Assembly: GCA_965645245.1 (NCBI GenBank)
Contig: OZ287078.1
Location: forward strand, 1,984,001-2,048,000
Source of the DNA: Massalongia carnosa
Lineage: Eukaryota
Length of the DNA stretch: 64,000 nucleotides
Reading direction: 5' to 3'
Below, in pieces: positions 22,999-36,700 of the stretch. The stretch's first letter is position 1, and the number at the start of each line of letters is the position of its first letter. Below the pieces are notes generated by a model. The model saw only the letters and a program-made list of their open reading frames with translations. It was not told the DNA's origin and made no database searches. Position numbers and translations under genes: made by a program.

Positions 22999-24164
22999 TT
23001 TTGGAGGAGAGGGATTTGAATAGAGTAAATTTAAGTGTAGTTGTTGTATAAATTTGAATTGGGTGAAAAGAAAACGTTGCAAACAGTGCTATCAAAATGC
23101 TATGCTTTTTGATTGTCTTGAGATGTGAGATGATGAGGGATACCGTCTGGGACCTCCTCTTTATATATCTTCTTCCTATTCTCCTTGTCCTACTCTACCA
23201 TCCCAGTATGCCCCATCAACGCGGCCCATAGCAAGGCATACACAAATCCGAAACCTAACTGTCGTCCGAAGGATCGATGCGGTGCTAAGATCTCTATGCC
23301 GTGCTGAGACATCCTTATGGTGCTGAGACATCTATGCCGTCCGAGAGATCCGTGCGGTGCCGAAATCAAAGCGGGAGCTGTCTCGATTAACGACGCACTA
23401 GCTCTCAGCATAGCCGAACTAGGCAATGATGCCGTTTCACATCTCTAGAATCTGGTTCTTCTGCTTGCTGTATACAGTCCTGACAATATCTTTAGCCCGG
23501 CTGGCGAATGATGGACAGTTTACCTTGAGGACCCCATCCGAAATGCACCTCATCACTGAATCGTACGTTATGCCAGTCAGACTTTTCAGGATATCTTTTC
23601 AACATAACTTTGGCCCAATCAAAGCGACGACGAGCTGTTTTCTCATTGACCCAGCCCTTTCTGCATGCGACGCATTTGTGATAGTCCATCGTTCCCATAG
23701 CTATTTGTATGATTCGTCCCGAGCACTCAAGTCCCACCTCATAGCCCAACTCTGCCCAGGTGAGAGCACGCGCCTCAAATCCCTCCTCCTCTATGATGCG
23801 CTCCATTCCGCAAATTTTTTGCGGAGTAACAATAGCCTTTCGCCCTCGCGTTTCAGGAAGATCAGGCTTATTGTGATGTCTTCGCGAGCTCTCCTGATTT
23901 AAAGCTCTCCAACCGGCATGATGACTCATATTAAACGTACGAAAAACGTCCTTTTTGAAGTAGAGAATGCCCATGCGATCGCAGAATTCAACGGCTCCTT
24001 GAATTTTAGCTTTTGTAGGAGTAGGATAGTGCATTCTAGATTCAGAAGAGTTAGGTTCAGGTGTGTTGGGTCGTTCCATGATGCTGGTTGTTGGTGAAAA
24101 GGGGGGATTTTTTGATGGGGTGAAATTTTTGGGTGTCGCTTTTTTTTTCTGCGAGCGCGAGGGC

Positions 24165-25394
24165 ACCAAACCCGTGTTTCTGAATGACGATAATATAGTG
24201 GCCGAGGTGAAATGTTTAATTTCGCATGCGCTGAAAAAGCGACAAAAAGTCGAGTTTGTCGAAATCTGCCCCTCCGAGTCGTACCAGTTCGTCAATGCCT
24301 TCGGAATGATAATGTTTAAATTGCTGAAAACATCCTACATCCAATGGCTGAGTGAGATGTGTTGAATGAGGCGGCTAACGAAACAATTCAATCTGATTTC
24401 GTTTGGCATATGTAAAGAACTCGTATGTCATATGAGATCCATATCCGTCCAAAATCAACATACGCCAGGCACCTACCTGACCCTTTCGACTGTGTTTATC
24501 AAAATGTTTCAGCCAATCAATGGCCAAGTCATCATTGGAATAGCTGGTAGGACTAGTAGTCAACAAAACATCGTCATTCAGGTCGTTCTGCTGCGCCCAT
24601 TTTTCGAGAATCAAAACCCCCGCGATAATCACCATTGGGGGAATGTCTCGACCACCAGCACTAATACACTCACAGGAGGTGACGTATTCTCTGTTGTCTG
24701 GGTCTGTCAACAACAGAGGCTTTCTGGAATGACCTGACACCACCCAATGAGCCCTGCCACAGCCAATTCGAAAGCCCGTTTCATTCATGTTCCAAACATC
24801 CTCGTCCACTATTCCCCGCGCCTCGCGCGCAGCCCGATATGCCTCGAAATATTCACGTATGTCCTTTGCATTGTGCACGTGTTTTCGCTCGGCCACCAAA
24901 GGTTTTTGTTTTCGTTTGAAGAACTGAGGATTGCGATTGAGGAAACGTTTGGTCCAAGAATTGCTGACGATGGGGGGGGGGAGTGAAGGCGTCTAAATGG
25001 GCTTCTCGAAGTAGATAATTGGCAGCTCCACGAACCATTGGAAATCTGGCTGATTGTTCAGCTTGATCGAGCATTCGAATGTAATCATAAATAGCCAATT
25101 CCTGTTCATCAGATAACGCCTTGTTGGGGGGAGTTCGGCCAATGCGCGAACCTCCTCCAGCAAGTCGTCTTTGAAGAGTACGAACGTCCACGTCAAAATC
25201 AATGGCTGCTGCGCGTATACTTCGAAATTCACCCGTGTCCCACGCGTTTATAGCGTCAACAATTCGATCCTCCTTATTAGAATATGAATTAGCCATGGTG
25301 GTGGTGGATGAACAACGTGGTGGAAATGGTAGTAAAAATGGGAAAAGTGGGCACTAGACCCTGACTCGGTTGGGGTTTAGTGTTTTGGCACCGT
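24165..25394 (-). mobile_element. Fot1/pogo-like transposon relic (5' end plus frameshifted transposase)
   Basis: HTH start SIRAAAIDFDVDVRTLQRRL; DVWNMNETGFRIG and LILDGYGSH; ends ...CCGT|TA inside copia gag sequence. Confidence 0.8.
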
Positions 25395-28300
25395 TATTTC
25401 GAACGATACGCTCAGGATCATGATCCTTTCAATGAAATGGGTGAACCCAGGCACACGTTAAGTCAGGCTATGCAGCATTTCCAAAACACGGTGACCAACC
25501 CAAGCAAGTCCAGCGATAAGGCCGTAATCGCAATGGCAGCTGTTTCAAACGCTCAAACCCAAGCAGGAGCTCAACCCGGAACAGCCCATTCTCGAATCAT
25601 CACCAAGACCATCAAGTACTGCAACCACTGCCAAAAGGACTATCACGTAGAGAGCGAGTATCGTGAAAAATATCCACACCTCGTTAACCAAGACTCACAG
25701 CGTAAGTCCAATAAGCGTCGCAGGAATTCCAAAAGTCAAGGTCAAAGTCAAAAGCCAACCAGAAACAATGACTCAACCAAAGGAGCCTTCTGCGCCTACA
25801 TGGCCACTGCGGATATAACCAAAATATCTAAGCTCTGGATCTGTGACTCTGGAACTAGCCAACATATTACCCACGATCGCTCCATCTTCACCTCATTCGA
25901 GACATCCGATTGCCCACCAATTCAAGGTATTGGAGGAGTATAATTCCCAAAGGAATAGGTAACGTCATGTTGCGGTGTGCCGGTAACGAGGGTCTTCGGG
26001 AGTTCCCTCTTTTCGATGTGTTATACGTTCCAGACGGACAACTACAACGAGATGGATGTCCCCTGAAGATCGTACCAGAGGGAATTGAAATCGGGAACTA
26101 TGGTATCACTGCTCGCCGCCAGGACAACAATCTGTATATCCTGAACATGTGGAACGTCTCTGAAGCCGCTCTCGCTCTCGCTGCAATTAATAGCGAGGCG
26201 ATAAAAATGTGGCACGCTCGTTTAGGCCATCTTGGAAATCAAAACATTCTCAAGCTCGCTGGCATGTCAAAAGGAATGGACCTCACCAAGCCCCCGCCCC
26301 AAGACGCCTGTCCTCCGTGCGCCATCGCTCAGTCCCAAGTAGAACCACACCGGGCCCCCATCCAACCAGGCAAGCACCCGCTGGACTTAAGTCACAGCGA
26401 TGTCCAAGGACCTTTCCCAGAAGCCTTGAATGGCGCCAAATATATGGTGACCTTTCTTTGCGATTTCGATAAACGGTCCCACGTCACCTTACTGCGCGTC
26501 AAAAGCGGAGTCCTTCAAGCCTTTAAAAACTACAAGAAGCAATATGAATATGGGGACAAACGAATTAAGCGCTTGCGATCGGACTGTGGGGGTGAGTATG
26601 ACTCCAAGGACTTCGAGAATTTCAGAAACGAGCATGGCATTCAGTGGGAACCTACCGTACCGGGAAATCCACCCATGAACGGGACAGCCGAGCGCCTAGG
26701 TCAAACGCTTCACAGGTTAGCCAGCACCATGCGAGAAGGCGCTAAAGTCGACATCAAATATTGGGCTGAAATGGTTCTCACTGCGAACTACCTAAGAAAT
26801 CGAAAACCAACTGCGGGACGCTCCATCACCTCCTACGAGTCTCACACCGGCAGCCCACCAGAACTAGGACATCTAAGGATAATAGGACAGACTGGCTATG
26901 CGCAAAATCGCAAGCCCTCCACCGGATGGAAGAAATTTCAGGAACGAGCCACCAAATGTACTTTAGTAGGATACGAAGGCAATCACATCTATCGAATGAT
27001 AAATCCACGGGGCGCGGTCATGCGTTATTCCAATGTTCAGTGGATAGATAACAATCCCCCAACTCCTCCTTCCTTATCATTCTCTCAAACTAAAAGAGCC
27101 CTACATGTTAGATAGTCAGGACCGCCCACAAGAAAGCAAAAAATCACCCATCATACGGACATCCCTCATACGGACTTAGTCGACGCTCATGAATCCATAG
27201 AATCAATTCCCACTAGACCTCTCCCATCAAACGCTAGACAAGAGGCATTGGCAAACCAACGGCCCATTGAGCCTCGGTTCCAGGCAGATATTCTCTCTAA
27301 GCACCCAAAACTTCGTGCCCCCTCGCCTAACCCGCTAGCTCTTTTGGCTCTTCTTGCTCGAGCCAATGACCCGGAGCCATACGAGCCTAAAACCTATAAA
27401 CAGGCCGTAGATAGTCGGGAGGAAAAGGATTGGCGAAGGGCAATGTAGGAAGAAATTGACTCTATCAACGAAAATGATTCCTGGATCCTCACCTCCCTGC
27501 CCCCGGATCGCAAAGCCCTGCCAGGCAAATGGGTTTAAAAAATCAAACGAGGCCCGGCTGGCGAGATTCTTCGTTACAAGGCTCGATGGGTAGTCAGAGG
27601 CTTTGAGCAACGTGAAGGCATTGACTACAATGAGAATTTTGCTTCAGTAGTGAAGCCAATGAGCTATAAAGCCATCTTCGCTATCGCTGCAGCCAATGAT
27701 TGGGAAATTCACCAAATGGACGTAAAAACAGCCTTCTTGTACGGAAGAATGGACGAGGAAATCTACGTGGAGCAACCAACCGGTCTGGATGACGGGTCAA
27801 CGAGAGTTTGCAAGTTGAAGAAAGCTCTTTATGGCCTGAAACAGTCGTCTAGAATCTGGTATGAAACGATCACTACTTTTTTCAAGTCTCATGAATTCGT
27901 TCCAGTCAACGCCGACCTTAGCGTTTTCGTTAAAGAAGATGTTATCGTAGCCATTTACGTCGATGATTTAATCATCACTGGCTCTTCTTCTTCCGAGATA
28001 CAACGTGTCAAGAAACTGCTGAACGACGAGTTCTCGATGGTTGATTTAGGCCCTATCAATTACTACATGGGCATGACGATAACTCGGGATCGGGCTAATA
28101 GGATTCTTCGCATTGGTCAGCAGGCCTATCTGGAAAAAGTACTACGCGACCATGGCATGTGGGACACTAACCCCATGGCTACCCCGATAGATGGGCGACT
28201 GGAGGCTGCACCAGAGGGCCATCAGGCCACAGATGACTCTCGCCTCCGCTACCAATCAGTGGTGGGCTCTCTCATGTATGCTATGCTAGGCACCAGGCCT

Positions 28301-28977
28301 GACTTAGCCTACGCCGTATCGGTGGTCAGCCGCTATGCCTCGAACCCGACCGACACGCACTGGAAGGCAGTCAAACGCATCTTTCGATATATCAAGGGCA
28401 CTCTTCCGTTGCAGTTAACATACAAAGGTCACTTACAACCCTTGAACGGTTACACTGACGCGGATTGGGCCGAAGATCATCATACCCGAAGGTCTACCTC
28501 TGGCTTCGTGTTTAATGTGGGTAGTGGCGCTATTAACTGGTCTTCCAAACGACAACCGACCGTAGCCCTATCTTCATGCGAAGCCGAGTACATGGGTCAG
28601 ACTCAAGCCACCAAGGAAGCCGTCTGGTTGTCTAGTCTTCTCGACCAACTTTCAGCACCTCAAGTCCCTGGGAATCACTCTCTCCAAACCCAGAGCACCT
28701 CTGTAGCCCTTGCCTGCTTGCCTACATCTTTCGCCCTAAATGCTATCATCATTCACTGCGACAATCAAGGAGCAATGGCTTTGGCCAAAAATCCCCAGGC
28801 ACACGCGTGGAGCAAGCATATTGACATCCAATGGCACTACCAAAGAGAGAAGATCGAAGACAAATCAGTGGAATTTCGCTATGTTGCTACCGAAGAGCAG
28901 GTAGCTGACGGCCTAACCAAGGCCCTACCAAAGGACAAATTTGTTGACTTTCGAAAGGCTTTAGGCTTAGAGTAAAA

Positions 28978-31900
28978 GTAATTCGGCTAAGGCGAAAGGT
29001 AATGCCGGGACCGAGTGGAGGCAGGCCGCGAAACAGCCGACGAAGGCTGAAGGCCGTGGATAGCCGAAGGACCGAGTGGAGGCAGGCCGCGAACAGCCAA
29101 CGAAGGCCGAAGGACAAAGGAGGATGATGTCCAAAATAGTTGGACAAGCAAGGGAGAGAAAGGGCATAAATAGGTGGCCTTTTGGCAATCTTCTCCTCAT
29201 CATCACCATTGATTCGGAGTTCAGCACCAAAAGGTCTTTTGAAAGTCTTTCCCGAATTAAAAACATCTGTCAATCACCCACCCTCAACCCCATCATTCTA
29301 AATCACCTCCATTTCTCATCCTATATTACCTCCCACACTGAGCCCATCATGCCTTCCCATCGCCCTCAAAGAATCACCAAGCCTTCCGCCCGCTCCGGAA
29401 ACACCTCCGGGCCTGGTCAACGTCTCACTCGTTCCACCCGACCCCCTAGGGGAGGGGCCATAGTTCCAGAAACAAAGCCTCCTCCGAACACCCAAGGTTC
29501 GGAAGGAACACTTCGGGGCGATGTGATAGACGTCCACCGAACACCGGAACCAACCCCGGACCTGCTGTTGGACCTCAGGGCTCAGCAGGAGGCCACGGCG
29601 ACAGCCCTCAGGCAGGAGGAGACCCGTCACCTTCAAAAAAAAATTACCGACAACTTGGCGGCCATTCAACGTATAAGGGAGGGAAACACAGTCCCCGAGT
29701 ATAGGCATGAGGTACACACTCCCCACCCGAACCAGCTACTACCCGCTGAAACTGAAGGTACGCATCTATGTCTCCTTCCTCTAATTATCGAGTACCCCGC
29801 CATAAACAGCATTTATTTCCGACGAATTCTGAGCAACAAATTCGACCCCATAAATATTTCCAAGCTCTGCACCGATGTAGTCTTGATCAAACCAACTGTC
29901 AAACGAGTGAACCTGGCCAAAGGATACGAATTAATACAGGAAGAAGACGACGCGTCACCAGGAGACATCAAGGGACTACCCCACCTGATTCGCTGCCTCA
30001 TGGTGTATTGGCAGGTCTTGCTTCATTTGGCACTATCTCGAATAAAAGACAGTCTTTGTAGTGCCTTTCAAATCTATCAGGACCGCTTGTTGTTACATTA
30101 CACCATCTACACCAGGGAGTCAGTACGGGTGTTTCATATAATCTTTCACAGGGGTCGAGTGTACCAGGGGTGAACGACCCGGCCGGATGGAGGAGAATCG
30201 ACACCACCATCGAAAACATGTACCTTACTCGACGGACACCTAACTTGTCCATGACGGGAGGTACCACCAAACAGTACCCGGGATCAATCCCGATAGGCGG
30301 CTCCACTGAATCAAAGCCCATGTCCTGCAATCGATACAACGCAGGGCGGGAATACAAGGACTGCAGGTACCTTCACGTCTGCAGTCTCTGTTTCGGCCAT
30401 CACACGAAAAAAAACTGCCCTAAGGCACATATCAGCAACCCAAATTTCATGTCAACGGGTAGACGAGATTGACTAGCCGGCCCATTTGATCATATCGCCG
30501 AATGGTTCCCCTATCCGCTGATAGATAAATCAGTAATCGTACCCTCAGGGCCTCTAAGAAAAGAAGGCTGGGAACTTCACGTCATGGGTCATCCGGACAA
30601 AACTTAAAAACAGACCATTCACGATATAACCGTGTACGGGGCCAAAATTGGTTACACCGGCCCAGATCAGTTCATTCTAAGCAACAACCTGGCCTCGGCC
30701 AACGTGGCCCCAGAAAATCTGACCATGGACGTAGAGGACCAGAGGGCCAAGAACCGATTGATCGAGGTACCCACCCTACCAGCCAGATATATGTGCTCCC
30801 CCTTAGGCCTGGTCCCCAAACCAAACGGAGGATGGCGCGGTATTCATCACCTCTCCTACCCCGAGGGTAATTCGGTGAACGACTTCATTCCCGAAGAATG
30901 GGGCGCTCTGGTGTTGAGAATTGAGCCGAGATGTCTGCTTATTAATAAGAGCACTAACCGAATGCGGATCAAGCACTAAGGGTTATTTCGGCCGTGGCAA
31001 CACATCACTAATCATTCGAGATGTCATCCATCTGCCAGCTAAGGGAGGCAAAACGGAATATATTGTTAGATGGTGAGGCTACCATTGGTTAGATGGTCAG
31101 GCTACCATCAATATAGGCATCCATCGTGAGTCACACGGGTGTCTACCAGGCACCTATGGAGGTGCCTAACAGGCAGCTATAGGAAGCCTACAGCATTACT
31201 GCTGTGTGACTGCTATAAAAGCAGGTAGATAGCCCACATAGATAATAACCCTCAATGAAATGTATGCTTCTTATTTGCCCTACTTCCGTTTCATGATCAA
31301 TAGCCTGGTGTTTCAACATCTGGAATATATCACTTTCGACGAAGCCCTCGCCGGTGTCAGAAGATTGGGCAAAGACTGCGTACTGATCAAACGAGATCTA
31401 GCCGATGCCTTTCGCCACGTTCCCGTGGCGCAAAGCGATTGGTGGTTGTTGGGTTTTTGTTGAAACGGGGTTTACTGGATGGAACGCTTTCTTCCATTCG
31501 GCCTCAGGACGTCTCCCTTCTTGTTTGAATTATTCGCGAAAGGTCTGAACTGGATGATGATTAATAAAACAAATGGCGAAGTTATTCACTACCTGGACGA
31601 TTTTCTCGGAATCGTTCGCGCTATTCCCGATGCGGCATCCTTTGATCGGAACTTTGCAGAAATTTGTCAGCCTAAAAATCAACGAAAAGAAAAATAAACA
31701 AGGCACGGTAGTCGAATTCCTGGGCATCGAGCTGGACACACACCTCATGCAGGCACGACTACCGGCCGAAAAGCTTCAGAAAGCTAAGGATGTCGTCCAA
31801 ACAACATTGAATAAATCCACTATAACCAGAAACGAGCTAGACACTCTGCTGGGATTTCTGTGCTTTGCAGCCAAAGTGGTGGTGCCGGGAAGAACCTTTC

Positions 31901-33694
31901 TCCGACGCCTTTTCAACTGCAAAATTGGGCCCGCGCGCCCATTTATTCATATCAATTCTCACATAAAAGCTGATCTTTTATGGTGGCATCATTTCCTTCC
32001 ATTATGGAACGGCATACACATTATTAGCCCTTCGAGACCCTTGCTCCGTCTCTGGACGGATGCCAGTGGGGACTTCGGAATCGGGGCATACATACTTCAA
32101 GGTGGTCAAACCACACACACATTGCCCGCTGAGCAAGTGGTTTCTGAACGTTATACCACCAGGCTCAGAGCCAAACATATCAATGAGAAGGAGATGACAG
32201 CAATTCTGCACGCCATACGGCGGTGGCTCCCCATGTGCAAGGGAGCTCATCTTCTTCTTTATTGCGACAGCTTTGCTGTAATGTCCGGGGTCAAAAAGAC
32301 CTCCATTCGGGGCGGGGCCATGCATCCCCTCCGGAATATCGCCATGATGGCGGCAATATATGACATTGAGATTGAACCACACTGGCTGTCTACCAAAGAA
32401 AATTTCTTAGCAGATTAGTTGTCCCGAGAACTATTTGGAAAAATCGCTGACAATTACCCCAACCTGCAGGGCATTTCATCGAACAAATAACGGCGTCACT
32501 CGCCCGCGACCCCAGAGACTTGGTATAACGAGGTTCCGCTGGATCGCCGAGCAGCCAGATGTTTATGGTGGGGCATAGCAATTAGGACTCGAGGGCTATA
32601 CGATGCAGCTCGGAAAAGCTACACGACTCACTGTCAATTAGCAACCAATTTCCCTCCCTTTCCAGCGTCAATTCGAAGTCTTTCGGCATGGATAGCCGCC
32701 CTGGGTCAGCGAGGGCTCTGCCCGAAAACCATCAAAAACTATTTAGCTGGAGTACGATCGAGCCATTTGGACATGGGCCTAGGGGACCTGGAGGTCTTTC
32801 ACCATCCAGTCCTAGACAGAATAATAGCGGGAATAAAACGAATGCACGGTGAACCAGAAAGACGAGAAAGGCTACCAATCACACGCAACGTTTTGATAAA
32901 ATTGCTACGGAAACTATACAATACCAACGAAGTCCAGGCAACACTTCATGCAGCATACAGCATCGCATTTGCCGCCTTCTTAAGAGCGGGAGAATTTACC
33001 TACAAACAGGGAGAAATGCAAGACTCCAGCTTCGATTCATGGCATTTAACTAGGAAATCGGTGGATCTACAAGCGGATCGAATAATTCTTTCCCTACCAT
33101 CATCCAAGACGGACCCTTTTCGAAGGGGTAGAAAAATTTATATCGCAGCAACAAACGACGAAGCATGCTCGATCACCTCCATTCGGAACTTGTTTACCCG
33201 ATTACCGAAACCAGCATCGTCCCCATTGTTCCAAGTTCAGGACAAGGCCTTCACTCGTGAATATTTAGTGCAGGCCCTACGGAGTGGCCTCCGGGCAATT
33301 GGCGTCCGAGGGAATTACTCGGGTCATTCGTTTCGACGGGGTGCAGCAACAACGGCTAAGAACTCGGGCTTGCTAGAGGAAGATATTCAGACCTTGGGCC
33401 GATGGAAATCAGACTCGTATCAATTGTACATTCAAACACACCCGGACCAATTAATAGCGACCTCCCTTCGTTTTCAACGACCCCCCGCCACGTTCCGAAC
33501 AGCACCACCGTAGGTGGGCCATTCCCTGCTTGGGGTTGGGAGTTTTTTCCCCTCACTGCTGCCAAAACAAAGCCATATAGGAGGGGCCTTCAGCAAAACT
33601 GAGCGCCAGCAGGGCAGCAGCGAGGGGAGAGTTGCTCAAACATAGATAGAAATTATGTATATGTTCAGCTGACACGATGGAGCCCGCGAATTAC
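28978..33694 (+). mobile_element. Complete but decayed YR retrotransposon, family B
   Basis: Gag from ATG 29349, RT-RH ~30473-32490, YR to 33513; termini GTAATTCG...CGAATTAC; inserted between copia TAAA and CCAGAAG. Confidence 0.92.
30912..31318 (+). mobile_element. Solo LTR (407 bp) inside the YR element RT
   Basis: TGTTGA...TCAACA termini; TSD TCTGG; RT frame WGAL|EYITFD rejoins. Confidence 0.92.
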
Positions 33695-33775
33695 CCAGAA
33701 GCCCTTTGTCGTAAAAAATCCGACCTTAACCCAAAAAAAAAAAAAAAAAAAGTATCACCCACAGCTGAGCCTGTG

Positions 33776-36700
33776 TGGCTACCATGGGGAGCTCTTTTGT
33801 CGTGCCCAACGACGCCTCCCCCGATTCACTAGACGAGCATCGTCACTTCCTCACCAATGTGCTTAATAACTTAACTAACTGCGAGGCATATCAGAAGCAA
33901 AGACCTATGAAGGTTCAGTCTTACACCCTGTTACTCTCCAGTATGCTCAGCCTACTGGAGAAGATGCGCAACCAGCCCACGATGGATCAGCTCCAAGCTA
34001 CCATCAACCAAATAAAGAACACTACAGAGCAAATGCTCACTAAAGTCACCTTTGTCGAGCGCAAGCAAGACACCGCCCGCACAACACCCACTACCTCCTC
34101 CGCGGCCACTACTGGCTACAAGAGGACGATGACCTGGGCAGAACGGGCAGCCTTTGCTGCCTCGGCCCCAACGATCTCTACGCTTTCGGGGACGTCCATC
34201 CCCGCTCCTATACTAGAAGAGAAAGCTCGTGAAATCGTCGTCAAACTGAACAACGAAGCCATAGCAAAGGATCTGGCCAAACTGGCCTCCTCGCGCTCAA
34301 AGACAGAATCAACGCGGCAATATCTAACGCGTTAAAGGATCATATCAACACGAGAATTCCGACCAATCAAAACGCTCCCGCCCCCCTATTTCCAATAGCA
34401 CAGCCACGGCAGCAGCCGTAGCAATAGCAGCAAGGGTCCTCCCTAGCGGAGACCTACAGGTAATAGTCAACAACGCCTCAGACACGGAACGCCTAAGAAA
34501 AGACACCCGATGGGCCATCAGGCTATCGAGCAAAGCTTCGGCTTAATCGCGCACTTTGTACCGGCTAATCTAAGCATGACAGACATCAAGGAATGCCTCT
34601 GGGAGGAAAATAAGTCACATATGCCCGTTAGGAATAGGGTAACAGGAGTAGAATGGTTGTCCCGCACGAGTAAGGCAGGAGCCACAGCTAGATCCATGGT
34701 GGTATACTTTGAGAACGAATTAGACTGCAACGCCATTTTGGCCTCGCAGCTATATTTGGATGGGAGATCTTTCGCGGTGGAAAGACATGTTCCAGAGGCC
34801 AGGCTTAGGCAATGTTTCCGGTGCGGTAAGTATGGTCACACGAGCCATGCTTGCCGACAGAAGCATCAAACATGCTTCAAATGTTCCAAAAGTCACCACA
34901 TGACCGATTGCAAATCGGTCACTCTCAAATGCAATGCGTGTGGCAAGGAGGGCCACGGGGCAAGCGCAGAGTCTTGCCCAGAGCGAAAGAAGGAAAGGCC
35001 CGAATGAAGCGGGTCAAAGAAGAAGCTCTCCCCTTCTGGCCTCTCAGGGCCTCCTCAAGGGAGACCCTAAATGGTCAGGAACAAGAACGGAGCAGTCCGC
35101 CGGCATCGACCACGCCGACGGTCACGACAAGCAGTGAGGTGACCCCAGCCTCAACCCAGGTGGAACAGGGCCCTCGAACGGGCTCTGTACGAGAGAAAGA
35201 TTGGCAAACCGTGCCAACTCTCCGCAAGGGGAAGAAGCGGGCGCATGGGGAGGTAGAGCCCCTGGCAGACAACCCCAGCTCTACCAACAGGAGCATGGCA
35301 CAAGCAGCTTCTAAGAAGGGAAAGAAGAAACCCTCCTCGAAGGCTGTGGAGGTCTTGAGCGATAAGGAGAACGACGATAGTTCTTCGATGACCACCAGAT
35401 CGGCAACCCGTCGCTTGCAGCCCAGTACTCAGACAGAAGAGGAACTATGAGTGAATACACCCACTATCTGTCCATACTTCAGTACAACTGCAACAAATCC
35501 AAGAACACTGTCATGGCGGACTTCCTTCGCAGGGAGGAAACCATGAAATACGGCATCCTGGCCATCCAGGAACCCTGGGCGGGGAACCCCTATCAACACA
35601 CCACGCACAATCCGGTCAAAAATGTTTTTCACCTTCTCTATCCCCTGAAACAGGAGAACAAGAGCTCCCTCCGAGAGTATGCATGTTCGTCAACAAAGAC
35701 ATAGCAAGCGCCTCTTGGAAGGTAACCTTCCACTCTCCCGATCTGATGACTTTGCACTTGGAATTTGCTGGCGAAACCCAGCGAGTCATCAATATCCATA
35801 ACATCTACAATCCCTCCCCCTCTCAGGGAAACTACAGCACCTTGCCAGACCTAAGCAAGGCGCTAGAGGTGGAGGGAGAACACATAGTGGTAGGGAACTT
35901 CAATCTTCACCATCCCCTATGGACTGGCGAAGACTACCATCATCAACATCCGGAGGCAGACCAACTACTGGAGATTCTCGATCAAAGCGAGCTAGAACTT
36001 CTGCTCCCCCCTGGCACTATAACATACGATCATAGATCAGCACAGAGCACGATAGACTTAACGTTCGCAACCCCCGCAGTGGCTTCAGCCGTACTCATGT
36101 GCGATGTGAAAAGAGAGTTGGATAGTGACTCAGATCACTACCCATTGGCACAGCATTCGATATCACCACAGTTAAGAGGGCCATAAGGTCCTCTCGCATG
36201 TGGTCTAAGAATTTACTGATAGGAAAAAGCTACTAGACACGGTGACAGACAAGCTCCCGGCACCTAGGAGCGTGAGCACAGTTCAAGAACTCGACAACTT
36301 GGCCCATGAGTTAGTTGAAGCTTTCCAGCACGCAGTGGAGACAGCAGTCCCACTTTCTAGAGGGTGCAATCATTCAAAACCTGGCTTTACCCCGGAACGC
36401 AAAGAGGCAGTCACCCTATGCAGACGTCTCAGGCGCAAGCATAAGGAAACGCGCTCTCTGGAAGACTGGGAAGCCTACCGAGAGGCGAGAAACAGCAAAA
36501 ACAAAATCGTACAAAAAGCTCTCAAGACAACACATAGGCACATGGTAGAGGAGGGCACCAGCACTCCAGATGGTCTCTGGAAGCTTGCGAAATGGGCTAA
36601 GAACAGGTCGACCCCATTCCAAGCCTTCACCCCAACCCTAATGAAAAGCGATGGCTCCAAAGTGACGAAGGCCTCGGGCAAGGCTGAACTGCTTCGCAGA

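Larger units (their letters stand above)
19027..23422 (-). mobile_element. Apparently intact tyrosine-recombinase retrotransposon (Ngaro-like domain content), family A
   Basis: Gag, RT-RNaseH and YR frames uninterrupted; no methyltransferase domain; termini CTAGTTCG...CGAACTAG; boundaries fixed by exact rejoining of the host Tc1 frame. Confidence 0.93.
18945..24079 (-). pseudogene. Tc1/mariner-type transposase relic, split by the YR retrotransposon
   Basis: MERPNTP...KCVACRKGWV...VRFSDEVHFGWGP; frame rejoins as ...RHHC|WAAVGHDFKS once 19027-23422 is removed. Confidence 0.85.

Noticed and set aside
23492..24295. 267-aa ORF as a single gene
   Set aside because: Chance fusion of a pogo transposase tail (to ...RNTGLVP) with the Tc1 relic
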